DNA of 64,000 nt from Candidatus Hydrogenedentota bacterium (GTDB lineage: Bacteria > Hydrogenedentota > Hydrogenedentia > Hydrogenedentales > SLHB01): NCBI GenBank assembly GCA_045863295.1, contig BTWA01000002.1, positions 258,146 through 322,145 of the forward strand, written 5' to 3'. Of the stretch, positions 48,019 through 57,501 are shown one piece after another. The position numbers and the translations under genes are program-made. Numbering within the stretch: position 1 is the first letter of the stretch; the number at the start of each line of letters is the position of its first letter. The notes under the pieces were generated by a model that was not told the DNA's origin, made no database searches, and saw only the letters and a program-made list of their open reading frames with translations.

Positions 48019-50259
48019 TCACGCACCCCCTTTGCGGTTGATTTCCAGTGCGGATTGCAGCGCCGAGGCGAGTTCCAGGCCGGTATAGGGTTTATTCAGG
48101 AACGAACAAATGGCTCCGCAGGCGTGGGTAGACTCAGTCAGATCTTCGCTGAAGCCTGACGCGAGAATAACGGGCAGCCCGGGTTTAATGCGCTCGATTT
48201 CCTGTGCCAGTTGCAGACCGGTCATTTTGGGCATGGTTTGGTCCGTGATGACCACATCCGGGGTGTTTGCGTCGTTGCGGATGAAGATAAGCGCTTCCAT
48301 GGGGGCTGCAAAGGTTGTCACCGAGTAGCCAAGCCGCTCCAGAATTCGCTTGGACAGCGAGAGCAACGCGGTTTCGTCGTCGACGACGAGAACATGCTCT
48401 TGGTTTCCTGGAGGCACCGGGAGCGCAGGTTTCGAAGCCGCAACAATTTCGTCGGTTTCCCCTGCCGGCAGGTACACCGTCATTGACGTTCCCTTGCCGA
48501 TCACGCTGTGCGCCCCGATGACGCCTCCGAGAGCCGAAACAATGCCGTGGACCGTTGCAAGGCCGAGTCCGGTTCCTTTGCCTTTGTCCTTAGTAGTGAA
48601 GAACGGGTCGAAGGCTCTCTCCAGCGTGCGTACGTCCATGCCCAATCCGGTGTCTGTCACCGTCAATTGTACGTAGCATTGGTCCTGGATCAGTTGGGGA
48701 TTGCGATGCGTTGCCTGGCGATCTGCTGTAATTTCCCGAAGCTGGATTGTGAGTGTTCCACCGTTCTGATCCATGGATTGATACGCATTCGTACACAGAT
48801 TCACGACCACTTGGTGAAGTTGTGTGGCGTCGGCATTAACCGGGTGCGTACCGGGCGCGATTTCGCAGTTAATTTCGACGGTTGACGGTATGGACGGCCG
48901 CAGCAATTTGAGAGCTTCCTCAATCAGTGGCCCCAACCATACGGGTTTGCGTTCGGCGTCGATCCGCCTACTGAACATAAGAATTTGATTTACCAAATCC
49001 TTTGCGCGCCTACCTGCACGGGTGATTTCCTGAGTGCATTCCATCAAGCTCGATTTACCGGAGGCCTCCAGTTCAATGAGTTCCGCATTGCCAATGATGG
49101 ACGAGAGGATGTTGTTGAAATCGTGCGCAATGCCGCCCGCAAGCGTACCGATGGCTTCCAGTTTCTCCGCCTGCCGCAATCTTTCCTCTAGGGCAATTTC
49201 GTGACTCACATCGCGTACAACCGCCACATAATTCACCGGCCGGGCCAAATTGTCGCGGACGGCGGATATGGCGAGATCCAGCGTGTGCGCAGGCCCTTCT
49301 CCGGAGGTGGAGTGCAAACGGCCGCGCCAAAACCCTGAAACCTCTACCGTAGACCACGTGAACGGACTTACCCCGACGGGACTGAACCGTTCAAAGATGG
49401 AGGTGACGGGCGCATCCGTGGAATCTTGCATACGTCCGAACAATTGCTCGTATGCTTTATTTGCGTAACATGGGGTCCGATCAACATTGAGAATCACAAT
49501 TGCATCGTTGGACTGCTCAATGGCGGCCGCCAGGCGGGTAAGCTCGGCTTCGATTTTGCGCCGTTCCTCGATTTCCAGATGGAGTTTCTGATTGGAACTG
49601 ACCAGATGGATGCGCTCCTGGGTCAGCTCCGCGAGTGCGCTGTGTTCCTTTGCGTAGCTTGATTCCAGTCCCTTGAGGAGTAGAACGAGGGCAATGCTCA
49701 GAATTGCGTTTACCAGCACGAAATTCATGGTGACGACGATCCACGCGCTCAGGTCCATTCCATCGGTGAAGAAGCCTGACTGTAACATCGTGAGCCCAGC
49801 GTATCCCAAAATGAGCAATGTTGCGGCATTCAAGCCTATGGTGAACACAGCCGCGCCGAGTCCAAACATGAGTCCGCTGAAGATGGAGAATGCGAGAAGG
49901 TATATTTGACTAATGGGCCCGACTTGGATGAGCAGCATCACGCCCAAGATATAAAAGAGTCCGCAAAGTATTCCGGCTCGAATTGCAAATGGGATCTGTT
50001 TTACGATCGTAGCCGCGACAAGCCACCAGAAAACTACTGAATCGATAATTACAATAGACCACAATTTCTGGTCAATCGCAGTGAATAAACTTGGAAGATA
50101 GACGAAAATGCCAGCGCCGACCCCGCTCAAATGAATGTAGTGCAACAAGACTTCGCGCCAATAGCGTAGATTTCGGGTAGACTCGCTGACAGGAGGAGCG
50201 AGGATTCGACGAATGTTCCTATACAGTGCATTCCGCGGCACGAATGCAGATCCCCCCAT
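48019..50259 (-). CDS. membrane hybrid sensor histidine kinase (TM, PAS, HisKA, HATPase, REC)
   Basis: GGIAHDFNNIL, NLCTNA, DTGLGM, FDPFFTTK, GTGLGL, VVDDE, TDQTMP. Confidence 0.93.
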   Translation of the reverse strand: MGGSAFVPRNALYRNIRRILAPPVSESTRNLRYWREVLLHYIHLSGVGAGIFVYLPSLFTAIDQKLWSIVIIDSVVFWWLVAATIVKQIPFAIRAGILCGLFYILGVMLLIQVGPISQIYLLAFSIFSGLMFGLGAAVFTIGLNAATLLILGYAGLTMLQSGFFTDGMDLSAWIVVTMNFVLVNAILSIALVLLLKGLESSYAKEHSALAELTQERIHLVSSNQKLHLEIEERRKIEAELTRLAAAIEQSNDAIVILNVDRTPCYANKAYEQLFGRMQDSTDAPVTSIFERFSPVGVSPFTWSTVEVSGFWRGRLHSTSGEGPAHTLDLAISAVRDNLARPVNYVAVVRDVSHEIALEERLRQAEKLEAIGTLAGGIAHDFNNILSSIIGNAELIELEASGKSSLMECTQEITRAGRRAKDLVNQILMFSRRIDAERKPVWLGPLIEEALKLLRPSIPSTVEINCEIAPGTHPVNADATQLHQVVVNLCTNAYQSMDQNGGTLTIQLREITADRQATHRNPQLIQDQCYVQLTVTDTGLGMDVRTLERAFDPFFTTKDKGKGTGLGLATVHGIVSALGGVIGAHSVIGKGTSMTVYLPAGETDEIVAASKPALPVPPGNQEHVLVVDDETALLSLSKRILERLGYSVTTFAAPMEALIFIRNDANTPDVVITDQTMPKMTGLQLAQEIERIKPGLPVILASGFSEDLTESTHACGAICSFLNKPYTGLELASALQSALEINRKGGA

Positions 50260-50527
50260 CCGGCGCCCGGCACGAGGGGGATTGTCGAGTTCAGAGCCAA
50301 GATGCCGAAGGTTTCAGGTCGGCCGCGGACTTGGTTTCGGTGACCACAGTGGCCCGGTACTTATCCGCGCACACATCCGATCATTGCTAGTATATCACAG
50401 ATTGTCTATCGAAATTGGAACAGTTCACGTGCGACTGAGGTATGAGTTTTATCGATTTTGCATTTGGGACACGAACCTATTCGACCTTCATATCGTATGG
50501 CCGCGATCATTCGGTACGATGTGGCTC

Positions 50528-50556
50528 TTGACGTGTGCGTGTTCGCGTGCTAAAAT
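50528..50556 (+). promoter_or_regulatory. sigma70 promoter
   Basis: TTGACG-N17-TAAAAT with a TGn extension. Confidence 0.65.
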
Positions 50557-50721
50557 TTCGCGAATTTCGACGTCTGCGTAATTTACCATGCCTACACATT
50601 TGAATCTGTCCGCATTCACTGCAACGGCGCGACCTGCTGAATACGCTCATGATCATCTAAGAATTCCGCGGCATTATTAATTCGGTAGAGAGAGCAGCAA
50701 ACGCGTTGTGGAGTGAAAATC

Positions 50722-50910
50722 GTGGCAGTGTTCAAGTTTACGGGTACGATGGCAGATCGGGAAGAACGGGAAGAGACGGGTACAGTGGTGGCGCGCGACG
50801 AGCGAGACGCGCGAAAGAAGTTGGAGAAATATCAATTCGAGAAGCTTCGGTTGCGCCGACTGTCAGGGTTGTCGGGGTTTCTCAAGAGTTTGAGCGCGGA
50901 TGTCCGGTAG
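50722..50910 (+). CDS. small protein (62 aa) resembling the PilC/GspF N-terminal segment
   Basis: GGAG 8 nt before GTG; MAVFKFTG...ETGTVVARDERDARKKLEK. Confidence 0.55.
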   Translation: MAVFKFTGTMADREEREETGTVVARDERDARKKLEKYQFEKLRLRRLSGLSGFLKSLSADVR

Positions 50911-50979
50911 ACAGGTGAGATTTTAGCCTGGCTGGAGGTGCGTCCATTCCGGGCCGCACGTTCCGCGCGGATCTCCCTT

Positions 50980-51198
50980 TCAAAGCCTGGGGCTTCCTCC
51001 GGTCTTTTCGTCCAGTTTCTGAAGTACTTCGCGGATCAACTCATTGTATTTCAGGAACATGCACTTGGTGAACAAGTTGCACGTGTCGCATTCCTTCAGT
51101 TTCACGTCGTCTACGCGCAGGTAATGTTGTTTCGACTGGTCGCGGTACCGAATTGACATGTTGCCGAGTTGTCCGAAACATTCCTTCATTGGAGGCAT
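50980..51198 (-). CDS. small Cys-containing protein (72 aa), putative metal binder
   Basis: RBS AGGGAG; KECFG...ECDTCNLFTKC; 39 nt downstream of comF. Confidence 0.6.
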   Translation of the reverse strand: MPPMKECFGQLGNMSIRYRDQSKQHYLRVDDVKLKECDTCNLFTKCMFLKYNELIREVLQKLDEKTGGSPRL

Positions 51199-51237
51199 GG
51201 TCAAGTCTCCCTGGCTTTTTGGACCTGCATGACAGAC

Positions 51238-52002
51238 TCATTCCGTCGGTGGTCCCGCGACCGCGATGGCGGCGGCAATGACATCCACCTGTCGAGCGCC
51301 CGCGCTTCGCAAAACAGCAGCACATTCGGTCACCGTGCCAGCGGTGGTAATCACGTCATCCACCAGGACGACCTTTCGTCCTGTGAGTGGGGCCTGCGAA
51401 CACCATTCAAACGCTCCGCGCACATTCTCTCTGCGTTCCGCCTCGGATTTCAATCGGCTTTGCACGAGGGTGGGTCTCACGCGGCGCAGGGATTCCACAA
51501 TTCGGGCACCTGGAAAAAAGGGGACTATTTCATTTGCCAGCAGTAGCGATTGGTTAAATCCTCGCTGGCGTTGGCGAACCTTATGCAACGGCACTGGAAT
51601 CAGAAAGTCGTACCCACCGGTATCCCACTCTTGGTTGATGCCGTCGCACACGAGCTCGCCGATGGGCCGCACAAGGCGGGTTTTACCATGGAATTTGAGA
51701 AGCTTGATGGCCTCCGCCATGGCCTCCGCATAGACGGCTGGGGCAAACATACGGTTAAAGGGTTGCGTACCACCTCGCTTCACGCATTGGCCGCACGGAA
51801 AATTGGACAGGCTACTTACGCCGCGCACCGGTGGGTGAGGGCGTCCGCAGACGGGGCAGAACGGCCTTTCGACTCTCGGGGTTGATTCCCAACAGGTTGG
51901 GCAGAAGTAGCCGTTTTCTTCGGTAAACAGGCGAGTTCTGCACGTAATGCAGAATTGAGGAAAGAAGAGGTTTTTGACGGTCAACACCAGACCCGTCGAC
52001 AT
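51238..52002 (-). CDS. comF: ComF family protein (zinc ribbon + phosphoribosyltransferase)
   Basis: CxxC repeats; PVPLH...RGFNQS, NVRGAF, LVDDVITTAGT. Confidence 0.9.
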   Translation of the reverse strand: MSTGLVLTVKNLFFPQFCITCRTRLFTEENGYFCPTCWESTPRVERPFCPVCGRPHPPVRGVSSLSNFPCGQCVKRGGTQPFNRMFAPAVYAEAMAEAIKLLKFHGKTRLVRPIGELVCDGINQEWDTGGYDFLIPVPLHKVRQRQRGFNQSLLLANEIVPFFPGARIVESLRRVRPTLVQSRLKSEAERRENVRGAFEWCSQAPLTGRKVVLVDDVITTAGTVTECAAVLRSAGARQVDVIAAAIAVAGPPTE

Positions 52003-52171
52003 TCATCCAGTCTCCCTCGGTGATTGGTTGATGGAGGCGATCCTCTAAGCGCGTTTGCGCGATCGCGTCCGTAGCCTCCGGATCCGGCAGCGCACTGACA
52101 ACCCTTTGTCTCATTCAGCTATAATCCGGCCACGGGATTATGACACAGTTGCGGCCAACCAGGAACTGCGC

Positions 52172-53158
52172 ATGAATTGGGGCAATCAGACGATTTTGGT
52201 GACCGGGGGAACGGGGTCGTTTGGGAAGGCGTTTATCCGCACGGTTTTGGGGGAATTGGGACCCAAAAAGATCATTGTGTACAGCCGCGATGAGCTGAAA
52301 CAGCACGAAATGCGCCATGTGGATGGATTTGGCGACGAGCGCATACGCTGGTTCATTGGCGATGTCCGCGATCTTGATCGTCTGCGTCGGGCCATGGCGG
52401 GTGTGTCTATCGTGGTGCATGCGGCCGCGATGAAGCAGGTCCCGGCCTGCGAATACAACCCCATCGAAGCGGTCAACACGAATATCAACGGAGCGAAAAA
52501 CATCATTGACGCTGCCATTGACTGCGGGGTTGAGCGGGTGCTTGCTTTGAGCACCGACAAGGCGGTAAGTCCGGTGAATTTGTATGGCGCGACCAAGCTG
52601 GTTGCAGAGAAACTTTTTGTGCAGGGCAATTCGTATGCGGGTGCGGGAATAACGCGATTTAGTTGCACTCGGTATGGAAATGTGGTGGGAAGCCGGGGAA
52701 GTGTCGTTCCGCTTTTCTTGCAGCAGCGGGCAAGCGGCTTATTAACGGTGACCGATGATCGGATGACCCGGTTTTGGATAACGCTTGATCAGGGAGTCCG
52801 GTTGGTGATTCGCGGTCTCGAGATCATGCGGGGAGGGGAAGTTTTTGTGCCCAAGATTCCGAGCATGCGGGTGGCCGATCTGGCCCGCGTAGTTGCACCG
52901 GAGTGTCGCATCGAGGTGGTGGGTATACGTCCGGGCGAGAAGCTTCACGAGTCGTTGGTATCGCGCGACGAATCGCGCCACACGATCGAACTGGACGATT
53001 TGTATGTAATTGAACCCGTGCAGCCGTGGTTTGGCGCGCGCGCGCCCCTAAACGGCAGGGCGATGACGCCGGACACCGAATATACGAGCGACGGCAATTC
53101 GGCGTGGCTTTCATCGGATGAAATTCGCGCGATGGTGAGGGAGGCAGGAAATGCCTGA
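52172..53158 (+). CDS. pseB: UDP-N-acetylglucosamine 4,6-dehydratase (inverting)
   Basis: TGGTGSFG, SRDELKQ, AAMKQVPACEYNP, STDKA, YGATK, RYGNVVGSRGSV, GIRPGEKLHE. Confidence 0.9.
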   Translation: MNWGNQTILVTGGTGSFGKAFIRTVLGELGPKKIIVYSRDELKQHEMRHVDGFGDERIRWFIGDVRDLDRLRRAMAGVSIVVHAAAMKQVPACEYNPIEAVNTNINGAKNIIDAAIDCGVERVLALSTDKAVSPVNLYGATKLVAEKLFVQGNSYAGAGITRFSCTRYGNVVGSRGSVVPLFLQQRASGLLTVTDDRMTRFWITLDQGVRLVIRGLEIMRGGEVFVPKIPSMRVADLARVVAPECRIEVVGIRPGEKLHESLVSRDESRHTIELDDLYVIEPVQPWFGARAPLNGRAMTPDTEYTSDGNSAWLSSDEIRAMVREAGNA

Positions 53159-54341
53159 CCGCCTCGCGATCGAAGGGGGCACGCCGGTCCGAAAACAAAT
53201 GTTGCCTTACAGCCATCAAGTCATCGAAGACCGCGATGTGGCGGCTGTAGTCGAGGTGCTTCGCGGCAAATGGCTTACGACTGGGCCGGCCGTTCAGTGT
53301 TTTGAGCGTGCCGTGGCGGATCGGGTTCATTCGGAGTACGCGGTATCCGTGACCTCCGGCACGGCGGCGCTGCATGCGGCGGCCTATTCAGCGGGTATCC
53401 GGCACGGGGATGAAGCGATCACTTCGGCCATCAGTTTTGCGGCGAGCGCCAACTGTATTGCGTATTGCGGGGGGATTCCCCGTTTTGCGGACGTGCAAGG
53501 CGACACGCTGAACCTGGATCCGGCGAGCGTGGCATCGTTGGTGAATGAGAAGACTCGCGCGATTATCGCAGTCGATTTTGGGGGACAGCCGGCCGATTTG
53601 GCCGAACTGGCAGCGATTGCGGATAAGTATGGACTGGTTTTGATTGAAGATGCCGCGCATGCCTTGGGCGCCACTTACCGGGGTAAACCGGTAGGGTCTA
53701 TTGCGGACATGACGACGTTCAGCACGCATCCCGTGAAGCTTATCACCACCGGCGAAGGCGGCGTAATTGTGACGAATGACAGCGAATATGCGGGCATCAT
53801 CCGTTCATTCCGCAGCCATGGAATATCCATTGACGCGCGCGAACGGGCAAGGCGCGGCGATTGGTTCTATGAGATGTACCACTTGGGATACAACTACCGG
53901 TTGCCGGATATACTTTGTGCGTTGGGAACCGAACAATTGCAGCGGCTGGATCATTGGCTGGCCCGTCGCCGCGAGATTGTAGCCATTTATAGCAAGGCAT
54001 TTGAGGAGATTCCCGAGATTCAGCCGCTGGCGACGCGACCCGATCGCGAGTCTACCTGGCACCTGTACGTAGTCCGGCTTGATCTTGACCGAATCCGCGT
54101 GGATCGTAAGCAGGTGTATCGTGCATTGTTGAGCGAAGGTGTCGGCGTTAATGTGCACTACATACCGATTTACTGGCATCCTTACTACGAAGCCCAGGGG
54201 TATCACCGCGGTTTATGCCCGGTAGCCGAAGCACAGTATGAGCGGGTACTTACGCTTCCGTTGTGGGCCGGAATGACCGATGAAGATGCGAACGATGTGG
54301 TCACGGCCGTGGCCAAGGTCGTGGCTGCCTACCGCAAATGA
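53151..54341 (+). CDS. pseC: DegT-family sugar aminotransferase, PseC-like
   Basis: LTTGP, SGTAALH, EDAAHALG, FSTHPVKLITTGEGG, GYNYRL, VHYIPIY; overlaps pseB. Confidence 0.82.
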   Translation: MPDRLAIEGGTPVRKQMLPYSHQVIEDRDVAAVVEVLRGKWLTTGPAVQCFERAVADRVHSEYAVSVTSGTAALHAAAYSAGIRHGDEAITSAISFAASANCIAYCGGIPRFADVQGDTLNLDPASVASLVNEKTRAIIAVDFGGQPADLAELAAIADKYGLVLIEDAAHALGATYRGKPVGSIADMTTFSTHPVKLITTGEGGVIVTNDSEYAGIIRSFRSHGISIDARERARRGDWFYEMYHLGYNYRLPDILCALGTEQLQRLDHWLARRREIVAIYSKAFEEIPEIQPLATRPDRESTWHLYVVRLDLDRIRVDRKQVYRALLSEGVGVNVHYIPIYWHPYYEAQGYHRGLCPVAEAQYERVLTLPLWAGMTDEDANDVVTAVAKVVAAYRK

Positions 54342-54465
54342 CTGGATTCCCCGTTTCCCGTGAATGAACTGACGTGGATTGGCGTTTATTTGATATGATT
54401 AGAGATTCGAGCCCATTCAACTCTGCAAGGCCAACGTAAACGGTGCAAACGTAGGAGATCTCATC

Positions 54466-55062
54466 ATGACTCGCGTGATTCGATTTGGTTTGTCTTTTAT
54501 GGCCTGTGTCGCGGTCGCGACATTTGCCTGGGCCGCCGATGAAAAGAAGGCCGAGGAGGAACCGGCTGTGACTCTGAAAGTGGGGGACAAAGCCCCGGAT
54601 TTCGCGCTTCCGGCAAAGGAAGACGCCCCGGAGGGCGCGCCCAAGAAGCTGAGCGACTTTCTTGGCAAGAAGAACGTTGTGCTGGCGTTTTATCCCAAGG
54701 CCGACACACCGGGTTGCACAAAGCAGTTGTGCGGCTATCGCGACAAGTTCGAGACCTTTCAATCGGGCGATACCGAGATCATAGCGATCAGCATCGATCC
54801 GCAGGAGGCAAGCGACGCTTTTAAGGCCAAATTCTCGATGCAATTTACTGTTCTCGGCGACACGAGTGGCGCCATTGTGAAATCGTACGGCGTGCCCGTG
54901 AAGCAATACGGGGACAATGCGATTGCTCAGCGTTCCATTTTCGTGGTGGACAAAGCGGGGCTTGTGCAGTACATCGACATGGAATACAACATTGCGGAGG
55001 ACGAGAAGCCGCTTCTGGATGCGATCGGCACCCTGGGAGAAGGCGAGAAGAAAGCCGGTTAA
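54466..55062 (+). CDS. exported peroxiredoxin (BCP/PrxQ type)
   Basis: Signal peptide; VGDKAPDF, FYPKADTPGCTKQLC. Confidence 0.88.
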   Translation: MTRVIRFGLSFMACVAVATFAWAADEKKAEEEPAVTLKVGDKAPDFALPAKEDAPEGAPKKLSDFLGKKNVVLAFYPKADTPGCTKQLCGYRDKFETFQSGDTEIIAISIDPQEASDAFKAKFSMQFTVLGDTSGAIVKSYGVPVKQYGDNAIAQRSIFVVDKAGLVQYIDMEYNIAEDEKPLLDAIGTLGEGEKKAG

Positions 55063-55142
55063 TTCAGCATACCGCGGAAATTGCACAAACCGGGCGGCAA
55101 AGCATGTGTGTGCTTTGCCGCCCGGCTTATTTGCTCGAGTGA

Positions 55143-56228
55143 TTATCCAGCCGCGCTGGATCTGGTGCTTTGATCGCGCAATGCCAGAATAGAAAGTGCG
55201 ACAAAGGTAGCCGGTAGCGCTCCCCAGAGCATCACTTGTTGAAATGCAGGCAGCGCCGCGTTGTTCGTGCTGTGGAATACCAGGTAGACCGTGTAGGCCA
55301 CGTAATAGGCCAAGAACAGACATCCCTCCCAGCGCGCGATCAGATGTCCCGTGAAGAAAATGGGAAGGCATGCGATAGCCACAAGTATCATGACTGGAAT
55401 GTCGAACCCAATCGCGGAAGCGTTCACGGGTATACCTCCTGGAGCGAGTATTGCCGACATTCCGAGTACCGATAATATATTGAAGATATTGCTGCCAACG
55501 ACGTTGCCCACAGCGATATCCCTTTCGCCGCGAATGCTTGCTACCACCGATGTGGCGACTTCTGGCAGCGAGGTTCCCGCTGCGACGATAGTCAAACCGA
55601 TTACAAGTTCACTCACGCCGAAATACTGAGCAATTTCCACTGCGCTGGTAACCAGCCAGCGCGAACCCTGCACGAGAAATCCGAGCCCGATTACAATGTA
55701 AATTGTATTTGCCGCCAGAGAGCCCAGGAAGGATGTATTCTTGGGGGCATGCACATTGAATTCGAGTTCTGAGGCATCACCGCCTTGCCGGCCGATTCGA
55801 ATTAAAGCCGCCGTGTAAATCACAATGCCGGCGAATAGAAACAAGCCATCTGTCCGGCTGATGGCGCCGTCCCAGGCCAGGATGAGGAGAAGGATTGATA
55901 CACCCACCATAACCGGGACGTCCAGCCGAATAAGTTGCTTTGACACCACCAGCGGCACAATTAATGACGAGAGGCCGAGTATGAAAAGCACGTTGAAGAT
56001 GTTGCTTCCCACCACATTTCCCACCGCCAAATCCGCCTGATTGTGGTAGGCGGCCGTTGTGCTCACGACCAATTCCGGCGCGCTGGTGCCGAAGGCTACG
56101 ACGGTCAAGCCAATAACGAGCGGTGAAATGCCAATGGCCGCAGCCAGACGCGAGGCGCCGCGGACGAGTGACTCCGCGCCGAGTGTCAGCAACACCAAAC
56201 CGCCCAATAGAAAGAGGAGTGTCATCAT
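55143..56228 (-). CDS. calcium/sodium antiporter (YrbG-like)
   Basis: Two alpha repeats GTSAPEL/GTSLPEV and GNVVGSNIFN. Confidence 0.92.
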   Translation of the reverse strand: MMTLLFLLGGLVLLTLGAESLVRGASRLAAAIGISPLVIGLTVVAFGTSAPELVVSTTAAYHNQADLAVGNVVGSNIFNVLFILGLSSLIVPLVVSKQLIRLDVPVMVGVSILLLILAWDGAISRTDGLFLFAGIVIYTAALIRIGRQGGDASELEFNVHAPKNTSFLGSLAANTIYIVIGLGFLVQGSRWLVTSAVEIAQYFGVSELVIGLTIVAAGTSLPEVATSVVASIRGERDIAVGNVVGSNIFNILSVLGMSAILAPGGIPVNASAIGFDIPVMILVAIACLPIFFTGHLIARWEGCLFLAYYVAYTVYLVFHSTNNAALPAFQQVMLWGALPATFVALSILALRDQSTRSSAAG

Positions 56229-56251
56229 AAATGTGTTTGCCTTTGAAATCG

Positions 56252-57343
56252 TTATGCCTGATGCTTCGTTTGCTTGGGCATATAATCCTCCGTGTCATAC
56301 ATCGAAGGATCGGGCAGCTTTTCAGGATAGACTTCCACGGAAAACTCTTCCCGCAATCGATTTATCATCTTATTGTACAACAAGTAACCCAGTAGCTCAT
56401 CCTTGGCCTGTTCCAATGTCTTTTGGGTTTCTGGGATCTGTTCGCGAACTACGGCTACCAGATAGGCGTCTGGCAGGATTTCTCTCACGGCCTGGTTTTG
56501 CGCGTTGCGTTGTATGCGTTCCCAACCCGGCATGAAAATGGGCCCAACAATGAACCCGGGTTGTGAACCCGAAGCCGATTCCCAGAAACTGGCGAATTTC
56601 ACATTACGGCCGTCGTTTTGAAGAGTGGCTTCGATTTGATCTCCACCGCTCTCCTTGGCGTAGGTCAGGACTTGTTCAACCGGAGCGCCCGATTGAAGCC
56701 GTTTGCGTGCTTCCGCAGCCAAGGAAGCGCAATTTTCGATGGTCACCGGAAAGTAGACGCCTTGAAAGGTGACGCGCTCTGGATTCATGAGTTCTGCTTT
56801 CCGCAAGTCGTATTCCCGCTGGATTTCTTCATCCGAGGCATTCAGCGCGCCTGCCTGGAAAGCTTCTTGAATCCGGTACCGGACGGCCTCTTCGGCCAAC
56901 AGGAGTCTGGTTTCTTTGTCGATGCCCATCTCCCGTTCCTGTTCCAGAATCTTGATGTCGCTATCCGACAACCCCATATCCTTCATCGCTTGCGGGTCGA
57001 TGACCTTGTCCGGATGCTTGGCCGTGTAGATCTGAGCGGCGATTTCCCTGGGCACATGGATTTTGGCCTCCGCTTCCAACACGTCGGCGATTTCCGATTT
57101 CATCCGCTGGTCAATATGGGCCTCCAGAGTCATCAAAAGATCGCCTCGGGTCCTGATCTCGGGGCGTTCGTCGGAATCCATGTTGCGTATGACATCATCG
57201 AGGTCGCCGCGCGTAATGTACCCATCCATGAATTTTGCGATTCGGATGTTGTCTTTGTCCGCGATGTAGCCGCACCCTGTGATAATCGGGACGGTGCCCA
57301 GGACGAGAAGAATCCGAAATTGTTGGGATACGCGCGTCATCAT
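56252..57343 (-). CDS. PrsA/SurA-like foldase lipoprotein with divergent parvulin-like domain
   Basis: Lipobox ITGC; ITRGDL, SDEEIQREY...PERV, GPI, KTLEQAKDEL, LREEFSVEV. Confidence 0.6.
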   Translation of the reverse strand: MMTRVSQQFRILLVLGTVPIITGCGYIADKDNIRIAKFMDGYITRGDLDDVIRNMDSDERPEIRTRGDLLMTLEAHIDQRMKSEIADVLEAEAKIHVPREIAAQIYTAKHPDKVIDPQAMKDMGLSDSDIKILEQEREMGIDKETRLLLAEEAVRYRIQEAFQAGALNASDEEIQREYDLRKAELMNPERVTFQGVYFPVTIENCASLAAEARKRLQSGAPVEQVLTYAKESGGDQIEATLQNDGRNVKFASFWESASGSQPGFIVGPIFMPGWERIQRNAQNQAVREILPDAYLVAVVREQIPETQKTLEQAKDELLGYLLYNKMINRLREEFSVEVYPEKLPDPSMYDTEDYMPKQTKHQA

Positions 57344-57501
57344 AAAAAACCTCGCTGTCAAAACTGGAATGGGACTGGTACCACGTTTTCATCACGTTGG
57401 TAAGCGCAAGTTGCCCGTCGAAGGCTTCTAGTGTAACATGCGCGGAATCCGGCCCACAACGAATAGTCTTTGCAGGAACGCCCTATACCTGCCCTGTCTG
57501 T

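Noticed and set aside
50557..50721. c-di-GMP riboswitch in the leader of the small PilC-like ORF
   Set aside because: The GCAAA/GNRA and receptor motifs are not arranged as required.
54466..55062. Selenocysteine recoding in the peroxiredoxin
   Set aside because: Both active-site residues are TGC codons, with no in-frame TGA.
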